Source of the DNA: a virus
Lineage: Duplodnaviria > Heunggongvirae > Uroviricota > Caudoviricetes
DNA length: 42,997 bases
Virus record (IMG/VR): IMGVR_UViG_2563366800_000007
Strand: one strand, 5' to 3'
The notes below the pieces were generated by a model. The model had not been told where the DNA came from, ran no database searches, and worked only from the letters and a program-made list of their open reading frames with translations. Shown piece after piece: positions 8,896 through 16,306 of this stretch. Position numbers and translations under genes: made by a program. Position 1 is the first letter of the stretch. Each line of letters starts with the position of its first letter.

Positions 8896-9279
8896 CTAAT
8901 CAGCATCGCCCCTGATTCTGCGATTCATGTACTTGGCATATAGTTCATCGAGTTCCTTCAGACGCAGGGAGAAGATCCTTATCATATTCTGCTGTTCTTC
9001 TTCCGGTAACTGTCTGTAGAGCTCCAGAATACGTTGTTCATCAGGCTTAAGACCATCCTTCTCTCCAACATCCTCACCGAGTAGCCAGGCGACAGAAATA
9101 CCAACAGCGTCGGCTATGGCCAGTGCCGATTTCTTACTAATCACGCCTTTTTTGAACCAGCCGTTTACGGCCTGAGGGGTGACTCCAGCTATTCTTGCCA
9201 TGTCTGCTTTGGTAACGCCGCGATCAGTGATCTCAGTAAGGCGCTCCACCAGAACGAGGTTGGGTTCTTCTTTTCTCAT
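8896..9279 (-). CDS. CI-like HTH repressor, paralog 2
   Basis: Internal ATG at 9279 gives a 127-aa product (MRKEEPNLVLVERLTEITDRGVTKADMARIAGVTPQAVNGWF...LKELDELYAKYM) roughly half identical by eye to paralog 1; the track ORF extends upstream through the divergent promoter region and is probably not translated. Confidence 0.7.
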   Translation of the reverse strand: MRKEEPNLVLVERLTEITDRGVTKADMARIAGVTPQAVNGWFKKGVISKKSALAIADAVGISVAWLLGEDVGEKDGLKPDEQRILELYRQLPEEEQQNMIRIFSLRLKELDELYAKYMNRRIRGDAD

Positions 9280-9381
9280 ATGGTCATTGTAAATATTTGG
9301 TTTATGCACGCAATAAATCCAAAGTTTGCATGAAGTATAAATCTGTGGTTTACTTCTGCTATCAATAAGCAGGAGAAGCAC
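9280..9381. promoter_or_regulatory. Divergent immunity promoter/operator region between the repressors and ydaS
   Basis: 102-bp AT-rich spacer with repeated TTTAT / ATAAA half-sites (for example TTTATGCACGCAATAAA); candidate rightward promoter TTGCAT-n17-TTTACT ahead of the AGGAGAAG ribosome-binding site of ydaS. Confidence 0.5.
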
Positions 9382-9600
9382 ATGTCCGCACTCGATAAAG
9401 CAATTAAAGCCGCTGGCTCTGCCAGAAAGCTCAGCATCGCGCTTGGTGTGACGAGTATGTCTGTAAGTCATTGGAAGAATCGTGACCAAGGGATCGTCCC
9501 GCCAAGCTATATCTTCCCGATTTTCAAAATGACAGGCGTAACCCCCCACGAGCTGCGCCCTGATCTCTATCCAAATCCCACTGACGGATTACCAAAGTAG
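9382..9600 (+). CDS. ydaS: YdaS-family Cro-like regulator
   Basis: 72 aa; MSALDKAIKAAGSARKLSIALGVTSMSVSHW... is the characteristic YdaS N-terminus and HTH; first rightward gene from the immunity region. Confidence 0.75.
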   Translation: MSALDKAIKAAGSARKLSIALGVTSMSVSHWKNRDQGIVPPSYIFPIFKMTGVTPHELRPDLYPNPTDGLPK

Positions 9601-9611
9601 GAGCACTGACA

Positions 9612-10169
9612 ATGCAAACACTTTCTTTTCAACAGAATAACAGAGCGCCATCAGAGCACCTGAAATTCCAGTATCAACACAGTGAGGCTGAAGGCCAGCC
9701 GGTCGATCACCGGGCTATCTGTTCTGCCGTCCGCGCCTGGGCGGCGGCAGAGGGCCGCGTGGCGGTCGCTCTGGCGATTAAAGAGGCTGCCGAACAGGCC
9801 GAGCTTGACAGCATTGACATGACCGGCAGCGCCGATGTGTGGAACGTGAAGCTGTTTCGCTGGCTGGACAACCACGAGAAATCACCGGCCTACCGGGCGA
9901 ACGTCGAGCAGCTGGCGCCGGTAATAATTTCGGTTCTGCCGCTGGCGTACCGGGATCGCGTGATTAAGCACGACTGCTTTGCGGTTCGTGTCGCCAGGTC
10001 GGTGAAAGAAGACGCTGAGGCGATACAGGCTGTCGTCCTCAAAGCCCCCAGACACGAACGGATGAAGGAAATCAGCGAGAGCATCGTAGCCAAGCTCTAC
10101 CTGGACGGACCTGATTCTGTGGCGCCCATTATGGCGATGGTTACAACGATGCTGGGTGGTGCGCTATGA
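9612..10169 (+). CDS. ydaT: YdaT-family protein (CII-like regulator)
   Basis: 185-aa ORF immediately downstream of ydaS, as in Rac-type prophages; assignment by synteny and general similarity. Confidence 0.6.
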   Translation: MQTLSFQQNNRAPSEHLKFQYQHSEAEGQPVDHRAICSAVRAWAAAEGRVAVALAIKEAAEQAELDSIDMTGSADVWNVKLFRWLDNHEKSPAYRANVEQLAPVIISVLPLAYRDRVIKHDCFAVRVARSVKEDAEAIQAVVLKAPRHERMKEISESIVAKLYLDGPDSVAPIMAMVTTMLGGAL

Positions 10170-10253
10170 CGGGCTCAGAAATGGCGAAAGCCGCGGTGCT
10201 CGAACACCAACGGCTTTCAGGTGCAAAAACTGTGCGTAATTGCGGAGAACAGT

Positions 10254-11162
10254 ATGTCAAATACCGCTGAAATAATCAATTTCCCAAATAAAACCGAACA
10301 ACCGGGAGGTCGTATGGCCGACCTGTCGAACGGGTATACCAAGGTCGCTAACGAGATCCAACAGCTTAAGCCTCGCCTGAGACTGTCAGGCCGGGAATGG
10401 CAATGTTTTGAGGCGGTGATCTGGCTTACCTACGGCTGGAACAAGAAACAGGACCGCGTGACAAATACGGTTATTGCCGAGCTTACGGGCCTGAGCGATA
10501 CGCATGTATCGGACGCGCTTAAGTCTCTCGCAGAACGCAAAATCATCTTTTCACAGAAGCAGGGCATGATGAAAATCGTCGGTGTAAACACTGACCTTTC
10601 AGCATGGATTTTAGACAAACCGGAAACGGGAAGAAAATTCCCGAAAACGGGAAAATCCTTCCCGAAATCAGGAATAACCTTCCCGAAAACGGTAGACACC
10701 CAATACAAGAACAAGAACAGTATTAAAAGATCTTCGTCCGAGAATTCTGACGAATCCTCTGACGCACGTCTGAAGAAATTTTTATCAACTCATCCTGAAG
10801 CTGCGGTCTACACACCATCCGGTGCGAAGTGGGGCTCTGCTGAAGACCTCGAGACAGCTAAGTGGATTTCCTCCAGGGTGAAGCTGATTAACCCAACCTG
10901 CAAAGCCCCGGACATGACCTCCTGGTCTAACACTGTTCGCCTGATGCGCCAGATAGACAACCGGTCGCACCAGGACATCTGCGCGCTGTATGACTGGGCT
11001 AGCAAACACCACTTCTGGCAGACCAACATCCTGAGTCCCGAAAGCCTGCGTAAGCAGTGGGACAAGCTGACAATGCAGCGTAACGCCGGAGGTGAGCAGC
11101 GCGCTGTCAAGCCAGATCTGGACTTCAACAACACTGACTGGGCCTATGGGGTGATCCGATGA
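10254..11162 (+). CDS. Replication initiator, lambda O-like replisome organiser
   Basis: N-terminal LSGREWQCFEAVIWLTYGWNKKQDRVTNTVIAELTGLSDTHVSDALKSLAERKII is typical of the phage replisome-organiser domain; contains in-gene iterons; followed by a P-like gene. Start at 10254 (GGAGAA upstream). Confidence 0.8.
   Translation: MSNTAEIINFPNKTEQPGGRMADLSNGYTKVANEIQQLKPRLRLSGREWQCFEAVIWLTYGWNKKQDRVTNTVIAELTGLSDTHVSDALKSLAERKIIFSQKQGMMKIVGVNTDLSAWILDKPETGRKFPKTGKSFPKSGITFPKTVDTQYKNKNSIKRSSSENSDESSDARLKKFLSTHPEAAVYTPSGAKWGSAEDLETAKWISSRVKLINPTCKAPDMTSWSNTVRLMRQIDNRSHQDICALYDWASKHHFWQTNILSPESLRKQWDKLTMQRNAGGEQRAVKPDLDFNNTDWAYGVIR
10617..10700 (+). repeat. Origin iterons: four direct repeats of about 21 bp (core CCCGAAAACGG) inside the O-like gene
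   Basis: Read directly: ccggaaacgggaa / cccgaaaacgggaa / cccgaaatcaggaa / cccgaaaacggta at 21-bp spacing, encoding the repeated FPKTGKS / FPKSGIT peptide; an AT-rich stretch follows, as at lambda ori. Confidence 0.6.
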
Positions 11163-11848
11163 AATCTCTTGCAGAGCAGATGCGTAACCACGACCGCGAG
11201 CAGATGAGCCGCATGGCCCATAACCTGCCAGAGCAGTACCAGGAGTGCGCGCCGGTCGAGCAGGTGGCGCAGGTATTCAACAAGCTGTTCAACGAGCTGC
11301 GCGCCGCGTTCCCGGCCAGCATGGCGAACTTCCGCACCCAGGAAGACCTGAACGAATTCCGCCGTCAGTGGCTGCTGGCGTTTCAGGAGAACGGGATCCA
11401 CACCATGGCTCAGGTCGATGCCGGCATGCGCATTGCCCGCCGCCAGGAGCGCCCATTCCTGCCGTCGCCGGGCCAGTTCGTCGCCTGGTGCAAGCAGAGC
11501 GGCGGCGCGCTGGGCGTCAACGTTGACCAGGTGATCGCCGAATACTGGGACTGGCGTAACCGCTCGTTCGAATTCATCTCCAGCGAGCAATTTCCATGGT
11601 CGCAGCCGGTCATGTACCACATTTGCGTAGAATTGCGCCACCGCAGCACCGAGCGCCAGTTAACGCATGGTGAACTGGCACGCGAGGCAGGCGATCTGCT
11701 GGACATGTGGGAAAGGCGCGTCACCGAGGGTAAGCCAGTGCCGCCGGTACGCCGGGCTATTGCCGCACCAGCTGCCGAGCAAGGGCCGACGCCGATCCAG
11801 CTGCTGCTGGCCAAGTACAACCGCAACAAGTCGAACGGGATGGTGTGA
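11159..11848 (+). CDS. Replication protein P-like (DnaB helicase loader)
   Basis: 229-aa product matches lambda P over its length by recall (AEQM.N.DREQM.R.A.N.PEQY...VQQVAQ..N..F..L...FPAS.AN...RRQW.LAF.ENGI.TM.QV.AGMR.ARRQ.RPFLPSPGQFVAWC). Confidence 0.85.
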   Translation: MKSLAEQMRNHDREQMSRMAHNLPEQYQECAPVEQVAQVFNKLFNELRAAFPASMANFRTQEDLNEFRRQWLLAFQENGIHTMAQVDAGMRIARRQERPFLPSPGQFVAWCKQSGGALGVNVDQVIAEYWDWRNRSFEFISSEQFPWSQPVMYHICVELRHRSTERQLTHGELAREAGDLLDMWERRVTEGKPVPPVRRAIAAPAAEQGPTPIQLLLAKYNRNKSNGMV

Positions 11849-11849
11849 C

Positions 11850-12090
11850 ATGAACATAACAATCCGTGAGCAGGTGCTGGCAGCCCTGCGCAACAACCCA
11901 GGGTTGAACAACGCCAAACTGGCAGGGCTTCCCGGAGTGGTACATCATCGATCAGGACTATCGGGGGCAGAAGTACGCGAAGGACAAGCAGGTTGCGCGT
12001 TGTGGCAACGCAGTTCCGCCGCCATTCGCCGAGGCACTGGTGAGGGCTAATTTACCGGAGCTTTGTCAGCAGAAAGAGATCGCAGCTTAA
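11850..12090 (+). pseudogene. Remnant of a C5-cytosine DNA methyltransferase (3-prime end only, no in-frame start)
   Basis: One frame encodes ...EWYIIDQDYRGQKYAKDKQVARCGNAVPPPFAEALVRANLPELCQQKEIAA, the C-terminal block of C5-methyltransferases, preceded by a stop; an overlapping 67-aa ORF in another frame has no recognisable similarity. Confidence 0.5.
12031..12090 (+). repeat. Direct repeat copy 1 (methylase 3-prime end), partner at 12619..12678
   Basis: 60-bp segment gaggcactggtgagggctaatttaccggagctttgtcagcagaaagagatcgcagcttaa, about 85% identical to the downstream copy. Confidence 0.6.
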
Positions 12091-12151
12091 TGTCCGAGTT
12101 TCAGAACATGGTGTAACAAATCCTGCTACTTCAATGACGTAGATTCAAACC

Positions 12152-12160
12152 TGATATAAT
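12152..12160 (+). promoter_or_regulatory. Extended -10 promoter candidate (TGaTATAAT) for the 12190..12426 gene
   Basis: TGnTATAAT motif about 30 bp upstream of the start codon; a leader hairpin (aggctc ... gagcct) would pair with part of the GAGGAG Shine-Dalgarno. Confidence 0.4.
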
Positions 12161-12189
12161 TAGGCTCTTCACAACACGAGGAGCCTAAA

Positions 12190-12426
12190 ATGCACCATTA
12201 CATGATCCCTATCAACGGAATTGTTCACCTGATCAAGACTGACTCTCTAATCCCTGAAGGGACTGAGTATAGCTTTGAAGGAGAAAGTCTAATCTGCGCT
12301 CATGCCACTTTTAAATCTGGGACGTATGGCTTCCTGATACCAAAGGGAAATCAGTTGAATAGAGAGCATGCGTTCTGGCATGTAAGTGGAATTCACCCTA
12401 ATCCCCTGGGAATGGATAAATCGTAA
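12190..12426 (+). CDS. Hypothetical 78-aa protein (orphan moron gene)
   Basis: Strong GAGGAG Shine-Dalgarno 7 nt upstream of the ATG; AT-rich; no recognisable motifs (MHHYMIPINGIVHLIKTDSLIPEGTEYSFEGESLICAHATFKSGTYGFLIPKGNQLNREHAFWHVSGIHPNPLGMDKS). Confidence 0.5.
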   Translation: MHHYMIPINGIVHLIKTDSLIPEGTEYSFEGESLICAHATFKSGTYGFLIPKGNQLNREHAFWHVSGIHPNPLGMDKS

Positions 12427-12434
12427 TCCATAAT

Positions 12435-12471
12435 ATGCATGCCATCGTCCTGAACATACGGTGGCATGCAT
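12435..12471. other. 13-bp near-perfect inverted repeat (ATGCATGCCAtCG - n11 - CGgTGGCATGCAT)
   Basis: Read directly, 9 bp downstream of the stop of the 78-aa gene; 12 of 13 arm positions pair; no U-run follows. Confidence 0.5.
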
Positions 12472-12618
12472 CCGGCACTACAACAGAAACGTTAAAGTGC
12501 AAACAATACAATTCGAGCAATATTCAACCTGTCACAGATGGCGAATACCACCGCCATTTCGTGCATTCTGTGGTTTCTATTACCCATTGCGTTAATGCTG
12601 TCCAATCATCAGCTCGCT

Positions 12619-12678
12619 GAGGCGCTGGTTAGGGCTAACCTACAGGAGCTTTGTCAGCAGAAACAAATAGCGGCGTAA
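12619..12678 (+). repeat. Direct repeat copy 2 (degraded methylase 3-prime end with a frameshift)
   Basis: gaggcgctggttagggctaacctacaggagctttgtcagcagaaacaaatagcggcgtaa; encodes ...LAEALVRANLQELCQQKQIAA out of frame with the upstream ...HCVNAV segment. Confidence 0.55.
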
Positions 12679-12785
12679 TAAAACATCGCTAATTCAACCC
12701 GCTACGGCGAGTTTTCTTTTTTTACTACTGACAGAAAATTAACAATTTGTGCTCTTAAAGCGTTGATCATTTCCGCGCATAGGTA

Positions 12786-12805
12786 TACTGTATAAAAACA
12801 CAGTA
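12786..12805. promoter_or_regulatory. LexA box (SOS operator) upstream of dinI
   Basis: TACTGTATAAAAACACAGTA fits the CTGT-n8-ACAG consensus; 19 bp upstream of the dinI start. Confidence 0.75.
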
Positions 12806-12823
12806 AATGCAATGGGGGCCATT

Positions 12824-13057
12824 ATGAAAGTTGAATTAACCATTGATCGCATGAAAGAACTTCCTAAAGGCGCAGTACCAGCACTGGAGAAAGAACTGCT
12901 TAAGCGCCTGAATGATCACTATGACAATTGCAGGCTCACAATCCGCCGTGCCGGGGCCGATGGGTTAAGTGTTTTTGGTGGTGACAAGGACGATAAAAAG
13001 AAAATTGAATCAATCCTCCAGGATACCTGGGAAAGCGCTGACGACTGGTTTTATTAG
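12824..13057 (+). CDS. dinI: DinI-family DNA-damage-inducible protein
   Basis: MKVELTIDRMKELPKGAVPALEKELLKRLN...ESILQDTWESADDWF matches the DinI pattern (…ISEILQETWESADDWF); LexA box upstream. Start 12824 (track ORF begins at 12812). Confidence 0.8.
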   Translation: MKVELTIDRMKELPKGAVPALEKELLKRLNDHYDNCRLTIRRAGADGLSVFGGDKDDKKKIESILQDTWESADDWFY

Positions 13058-13174
13058 AATTGCGCTTAAGGCTGGCGCGCATTTTTCAGAATACCGCAAT
13101 TTGCGTAACCCTCTGATGCTGCTGCCGACAATCTTTAATCGCGTCTGTTAGTCGCTCGAAGGGAGAACATAAAT

Positions 13175-13423
13175 GTGAGTGATTCAGCTTTGCAAACGTC
13201 AGAAGACAACTGGTATGACATTGTAAGAAGGTCTGACGGCTGCGTGGTGTTTAGCTTTCCTTCATCGGGCAGGCATCTAATTTATCGCGTCAATGGCATG
13301 GTTTCTATGCGGCCTTTGCTGGATGATGAAGAGGTCTTTACTCCTAATGGTTTTATGCAGTTTATTCACCGTCTCGGCTACCGGGTAACCCCACCTTCTG
13401 ATAATATGAAATCAACGGTCTGA
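13175..13423 (+). CDS. Hypothetical small protein
   Basis: 82-aa ORF with GTG start, GGGAG about 9 nt upstream; no recognisable motifs. Confidence 0.4.
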   Translation: MSDSALQTSEDNWYDIVRRSDGCVVFSFPSSGRHLIYRVNGMVSMRPLLDDEEVFTPNGFMQFIHRLGYRVTPPSDNMKSTV

Positions 13424-13457
13424 ACAACCGTAACCTACTGCGCCACGGAGAGAAACC

Positions 13458-14057
13458 ATGGCGCACGAACTACAACTCATCAAGCATTCCTCAGGAATCC
13501 TGATCCCCGCTACGCCGGAGACCAGTGATTTACTGCAATCAAAAATCAAACTCGGCTCCGTACTGGTGGCTGAGTTCCGGCAGGTACGCAACCCGGCCTT
13601 TCACCGTCGTTTCTTCGCGTTACTCAATCTCGGTTTCGAATACTGGGAACCCACCGGCGGGGCAATCTCCTCCAACGAACGCAAGCTGGTAACCGGCTAT
13701 GCCAAGTTCCTTGCCTCATTCGCGGGAAGTGAAGCAGCACTCCTGGATGCTGCTGAGCAATATCTGGACCGCATCGCCGATAAGCGTACTGGTAGCATCT
13801 GCGCCTGTAAGTCATTCGATGCATATCGTGCATGGGTCACTATTGAGTCCGGCCATTACGACGCCATTCAGCTGCCTGACGGCACCCTCCGCAAACATCC
13901 CCGCAGTATCTCATTCGCAAATATGGATGAAACTGAGTTCCAGCAGCTGTACAAAGCCGCGCTCGATGTTCTGTGGCGATGGATACTCTCCCGATCATTT
14001 CGCAGTTGTGAAGAGGCAGAAAACGCCGCCGCCCAGCTGATGAGCTTTGCGGGGTGA
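13458..14057 (+). CDS. Conserved lambdoid nin-region protein (DUF1367-like)
   Basis: 199-aa product (MAHELQLIKHSSGILIPATPETSDLLQSKIKLGSVL...FANMDETEFQQLYKAALDVLWRWIL) resembles proteins found between replication and Q genes in enterobacterial prophages; assignment from recall. Confidence 0.6.
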   Translation: MAHELQLIKHSSGILIPATPETSDLLQSKIKLGSVLVAEFRQVRNPAFHRRFFALLNLGFEYWEPTGGAISSNERKLVTGYAKFLASFAGSEAALLDAAEQYLDRIADKRTGSICACKSFDAYRAWVTIESGHYDAIQLPDGTLRKHPRSISFANMDETEFQQLYKAALDVLWRWILSRSFRSCEEAENAAAQLMSFAG

Positions 14058-14263
14058 TGGCGATGAAATTTTCCTGGTTCCACCATCACGAATGCACCAC
14101 CGAACAGGCCGACGAGCTGGTGGAGAAATACCGGGCGCGCGGTGTAAAGACAGAGCGCAGCCTGAATCGCGACAACATCACCTGGACCGTCAGCGCGCAA
14201 TTGCCGGAAGGCGATAACGCGCCTCGCCCGAGCCGGGTATGGCAAAGCAAGGCGTGGGGGTGA
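14054..14263 (+). CDS. Hypothetical small nin-region protein
   Basis: 69-aa ORF whose ATG overlaps the upstream stop (ATGA); no recognisable motifs. Confidence 0.4.
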   Translation: MMAMKFSWFHHHECTTEQADELVEKYRARGVKTERSLNRDNITWTVSAQLPEGDNAPRPSRVWQSKAWG

Positions 14264-14265
14264 GC

Positions 14266-14556
14266 ATGGCAAATTTACGCAAAGAGGCTCGTGGTCGTGA
14301 TTGTCAGGTTCGAATTCCCGGCGTCTGCAACGGTAACCCGGAAACGTCTGTACTGGCGCACATTCGCCTGGCCGGGTTATGTGGCACCGGAATCAAACCG
14401 CCTGATCTGATTGCCACCATTGCATGCTCTGCCTGTCACGACGAGATCGACCGCCGTACACATTTTGTCGATGCTGAGTATGCTAAAGAATGCGCGCTGG
14501 AAGGTATGGCGAGAACGCAGGTTATCTGGCTGAAAGAGGGGGTAATCAAGGCGTGA
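14266..14556 (+). CDS. YbcO-like (DUF1364) Cys-rich putative nuclease
   Basis: [35 protein letters not shown]...CSACHDEID with conserved Cys and His; GGGGGTGA ribosome-binding site; directly upstream of rusA as in DLP12-type prophages. Start 14266 (track ORF begins at 14239). Confidence 0.6.
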   Translation: MANLRKEARGRDCQVRIPGVCNGNPETSVLAHIRLAGLCGTGIKPPDLIATIACSACHDEIDRRTHFVDAEYAKECALEGMARTQVIWLKEGVIKA

Positions 14557-14915
14557 ATACTTACAACATCACATTGCCCTGGCCGCCGAGCAATAACCGC
14601 TACTACCGCCATAATCGCGGGCGCACGCACATCAGCGCAGAAGGGCAGGCATACCGCGATAACGTCGCCCGAATCATTAAAAACGCAATGCTGGATATCG
14701 GTCTGGCTATGCCTGTGAAAATCCGCATTGAGTGCCACATGCCGGATCGCCGTCGCCGTGACCTGGATAATCTGCAAAAGGCCGCTTTTGACGCACTCAC
14801 CAAAGCAGGTTTCTGGCTGGACGATGCTCAGGTCGTTGATTATCGCGTTGTGAAGATGCCCGTTACCAAAGGTGGAAAGCTGGAACTGACAATCACCGGG
14901 CTGGAGGCCGTATGA
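14553..14915 (+). CDS. rusA: RusA Holliday-junction resolvase
   Basis: From the GTG at 14553 the product [100 protein letters not shown] is near-identical to E. coli RusA as recalled; GTGA overlap with the upstream stop. Confidence 0.9.
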   Translation: MNTYNITLPWPPSNNRYYRHNRGRTHISAEGQAYRDNVARIIKNAMLDIGLAMPVKIRIECHMPDRRRRDLDNLQKAAFDALTKAGFWLDDAQVVDYRVVKMPVTKGGKLELTITGLEAV

Positions 14916-15049
14916 CATTTGAATCCTGTTTTTCCGATCACCTCCGCGTTCGCTGGCAGCGGCTTCGCTTATACCACTTTCCCGGCTCTGTGCTAACGGA
15001 CTACCGGATACTGAAGAACTACATCAAAACCATAGGCGGTGCAGTATGA
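14912..15049 (+). CDS. YlcG-like 45-aa protein
   Basis: Hand-translated [45 protein letters not shown]; ATGA overlap with the rusA stop and with the next start; same position as ylcG between rusA and Q in DLP12. Confidence 0.5.
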   Translation: MTFESCFSDHLRVRWQRLRLYHFPGSVLTDYRILKNYIKTIGGAV

Positions 15050-15735
15050 ATACTCAATTTCTCGAATACGTGCGCCAGCAGTTGATGGTGGCCACCGCCG
15101 ATTTAAGTGGTGCGACGAAAGGGCAGTTGATGGCGTGGCTTGAAAACGCGCAGTTCGATACGGGAACGTTTAAACGTAAAAAGCCTCGAGTGCTGGATGA
15201 AGTGACCGGGGAAATGATTACGCTGGATAACCCGCCAATACCGGGCAAGCAGTCGCATGCCAAGGGTTCGCATATTCCCCTGGTGCAGCCGGTTGAATAC
15301 TCCAGCGCATCGTGGCGCCGCGCACTGATGTCACTCGAAGAACACCAGAAAGCGTGGCTGCTATGGAACTATAGCGAGAACGTGCGCTGGTGCTATCAGG
15401 TGGAAATCACTCAATGGGCGTGGGCAGAGTTCCGGGAGCAGCTCGGCGCGAAGAAGGTGGCCGGCAAAACGATGGAGCGCCTGAAGAAGCTTGTCTGGCT
15501 CGCGGCTCAGGACGTGAAAGCAGAGCTGGCAGGGCGTGAGATGTACGAATATCAGGCGCTGGCGTCGCTGGTTGGCGTAACGCCAAAAAACTGGTCAGAG
15601 ACCTTTACTGACCGCTGGGTTGAGATGCGCAGCATCTTCCTGCGACTGGATAGCGGGGCTTTATTGCAGGTTACGCGATCACGTTCACAACAAAAGGCGA
15701 CAAATTTAGACTCAAGTCTTGCAAAACTGGATTGA
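15046..15735 (+). CDS. Putative late antiterminator (Q-like), assigned mainly by position
   Basis: 229-aa ORF at the end of the nin operon, followed by a terminator, a strong promoter and a second terminator-like hairpin (the PR-prime/tR-prime layout); sequence family not confirmed. Confidence 0.5.
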   Translation: MNTQFLEYVRQQLMVATADLSGATKGQLMAWLENAQFDTGTFKRKKPRVLDEVTGEMITLDNPPIPGKQSHAKGSHIPLVQPVEYSSASWRRALMSLEEHQKAWLLWNYSENVRWCYQVEITQWAWAEFREQLGAKKVAGKTMERLKKLVWLAAQDVKAELAGREMYEYQALASLVGVTPKNWSETFTDRWVEMRSIFLRLDSGALLQVTRSRSQQKATNLDSSLAKLD

Positions 15736-15800
15736 AACGCATATATTTCATGTAAATCTGATATCGTCGCCATAGCTTCGTAGGTCGACAAAGAATTAAG

Positions 15801-15824
15801 AACCCGCCATCGAGCGGGTTTTTT
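15801..15824 (+). terminator. Rho-independent terminator after the Q-like gene
   Basis: Stem cccgc / gcggg with a 6-nt loop, followed by TTTTTT. Confidence 0.6.
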
Positions 15825-15924
15825 GTCGAAACTTTGTTTTTATATTTGGATTGTTACGTGCATCAAAAAAGATGATGAATAATCCAAAAAAGCCGTTTTT
15901 ATGAGCTTTTAATCCCTTTTTTAC

Positions 15925-15954
15925 TTGTCAAATCTGTAATTGACTCGCTATAGT
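15925..15954 (+). promoter_or_regulatory. Candidate late promoter (PR-prime-like): TTGTCA - 18 bp - TATAGT
   Basis: Near-consensus -35 and -10 hexamers read directly; positioned downstream of the Q-like gene and upstream of the late and lysis genes. Confidence 0.45.
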
Positions 15955-15985
15955 CTGTTTAGTTCTTTATCAAAAAGACTCTTTT

Positions 15986-16012
15986 AAAGCCTCGTTTTGA
16001 GGCTTTTCGTGT
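15986..16012 (+). terminator. tR-prime-like hairpin (aaagcctc / gaggcttt) with a U-rich tail
   Basis: 8-bp stem and short loop about 30 nt downstream of the putative late promoter; the tail UUCGUGUAUUU is only moderately U-rich. Confidence 0.4.
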
Positions 16013-16032
16013 ATTTAAAGACCGTAAATCAC

Positions 16033-16073
16033 TACATCTTGTGTTTGTTGTTTTGTTTTTGAGCTAGATGTAG
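16033..16073 (+). promoter_or_regulatory. Leader stem-loop (8-bp arms CTACATCT / AGATGTAG, U/G-rich 25-nt loop) just upstream of the first late ORF
   Basis: Read directly; ends 8 nt before the GAGGGA ribosome-binding site of the 16094 ORF. Confidence 0.35.
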
Positions 16074-16093
16074 CTATAACGAGGGACAAAATC

Positions 16094-16294
16094 ATGGGCG
16101 CTGCAGAATTTTACGAAAAAGTAGGTATTAAATCAGAGGAACTCCATAAAGGTGAATCTGTACAACACTATGCTATGCGCGTTCTTGCTCAGCAAGACGA
16201 CCAGGCTATACGTAGTGGTGTTCTATACTCCTACAGCACTGTAAGTTCAGTTGAAGCTGTAGAGCAACAATCTCATCAACTGTACTCATATTGA
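16094..16294 (+). CDS. Hypothetical 66-aa protein (first gene of the late-leader moron)
   Basis: GAGGGA Shine-Dalgarno 8 nt upstream of the ATG; AT-rich; no recognisable motifs. Confidence 0.45.
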   Translation: MGAAEFYEKVGIKSEELHKGESVQHYAMRVLAQQDDQAIRSGVLYSYSTVSSVEAVEQQSHQLYSY

Positions 16295-16306
16295 TAAAAG
16301 AAGAAC

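Noticed and set aside
8896-9549. 217-aa long form of the second repressor ORF
   Set aside because: The N-terminal 90 codons run through the AT-rich divergent promoter region and have odd composition; the internal ATG yields a protein collinear with the paralog.
11144-11641. 165-aa minus-strand ORF (and nested plus-strand ORFs 11245..11526, 11667..12050) over the P-like gene
   Set aside because: The P-like protein matches lambda P over its length; the overlapping frames are Arg/Ala/Gly-rich artefacts. The 11667..12050 frame is only considered further as part of the methylase remnant.
12435-12620. 61-aa plus-strand ORF starting inside the palindrome
   Set aside because: No ribosome-binding site; it begins within the inverted repeat and ends in the frameshifted methylase remnant, so it is more likely non-coding remnant sequence.
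14436-14918. 160-aa minus-strand ORF overlapping rusA and the YbcO-like gene
   Set aside because: Antisense to two well-supported, translationally coupled genes.
15736-16093. Possible tRNA or small RNA gene in the late leader (where many lambdoid phages carry tRNAs)
   Set aside because: No cloverleaf-compatible sequence (no GTTC-type T-arm or acceptor-stem pairing) was seen by eye; the hairpins are better explained as terminators and leader structure.
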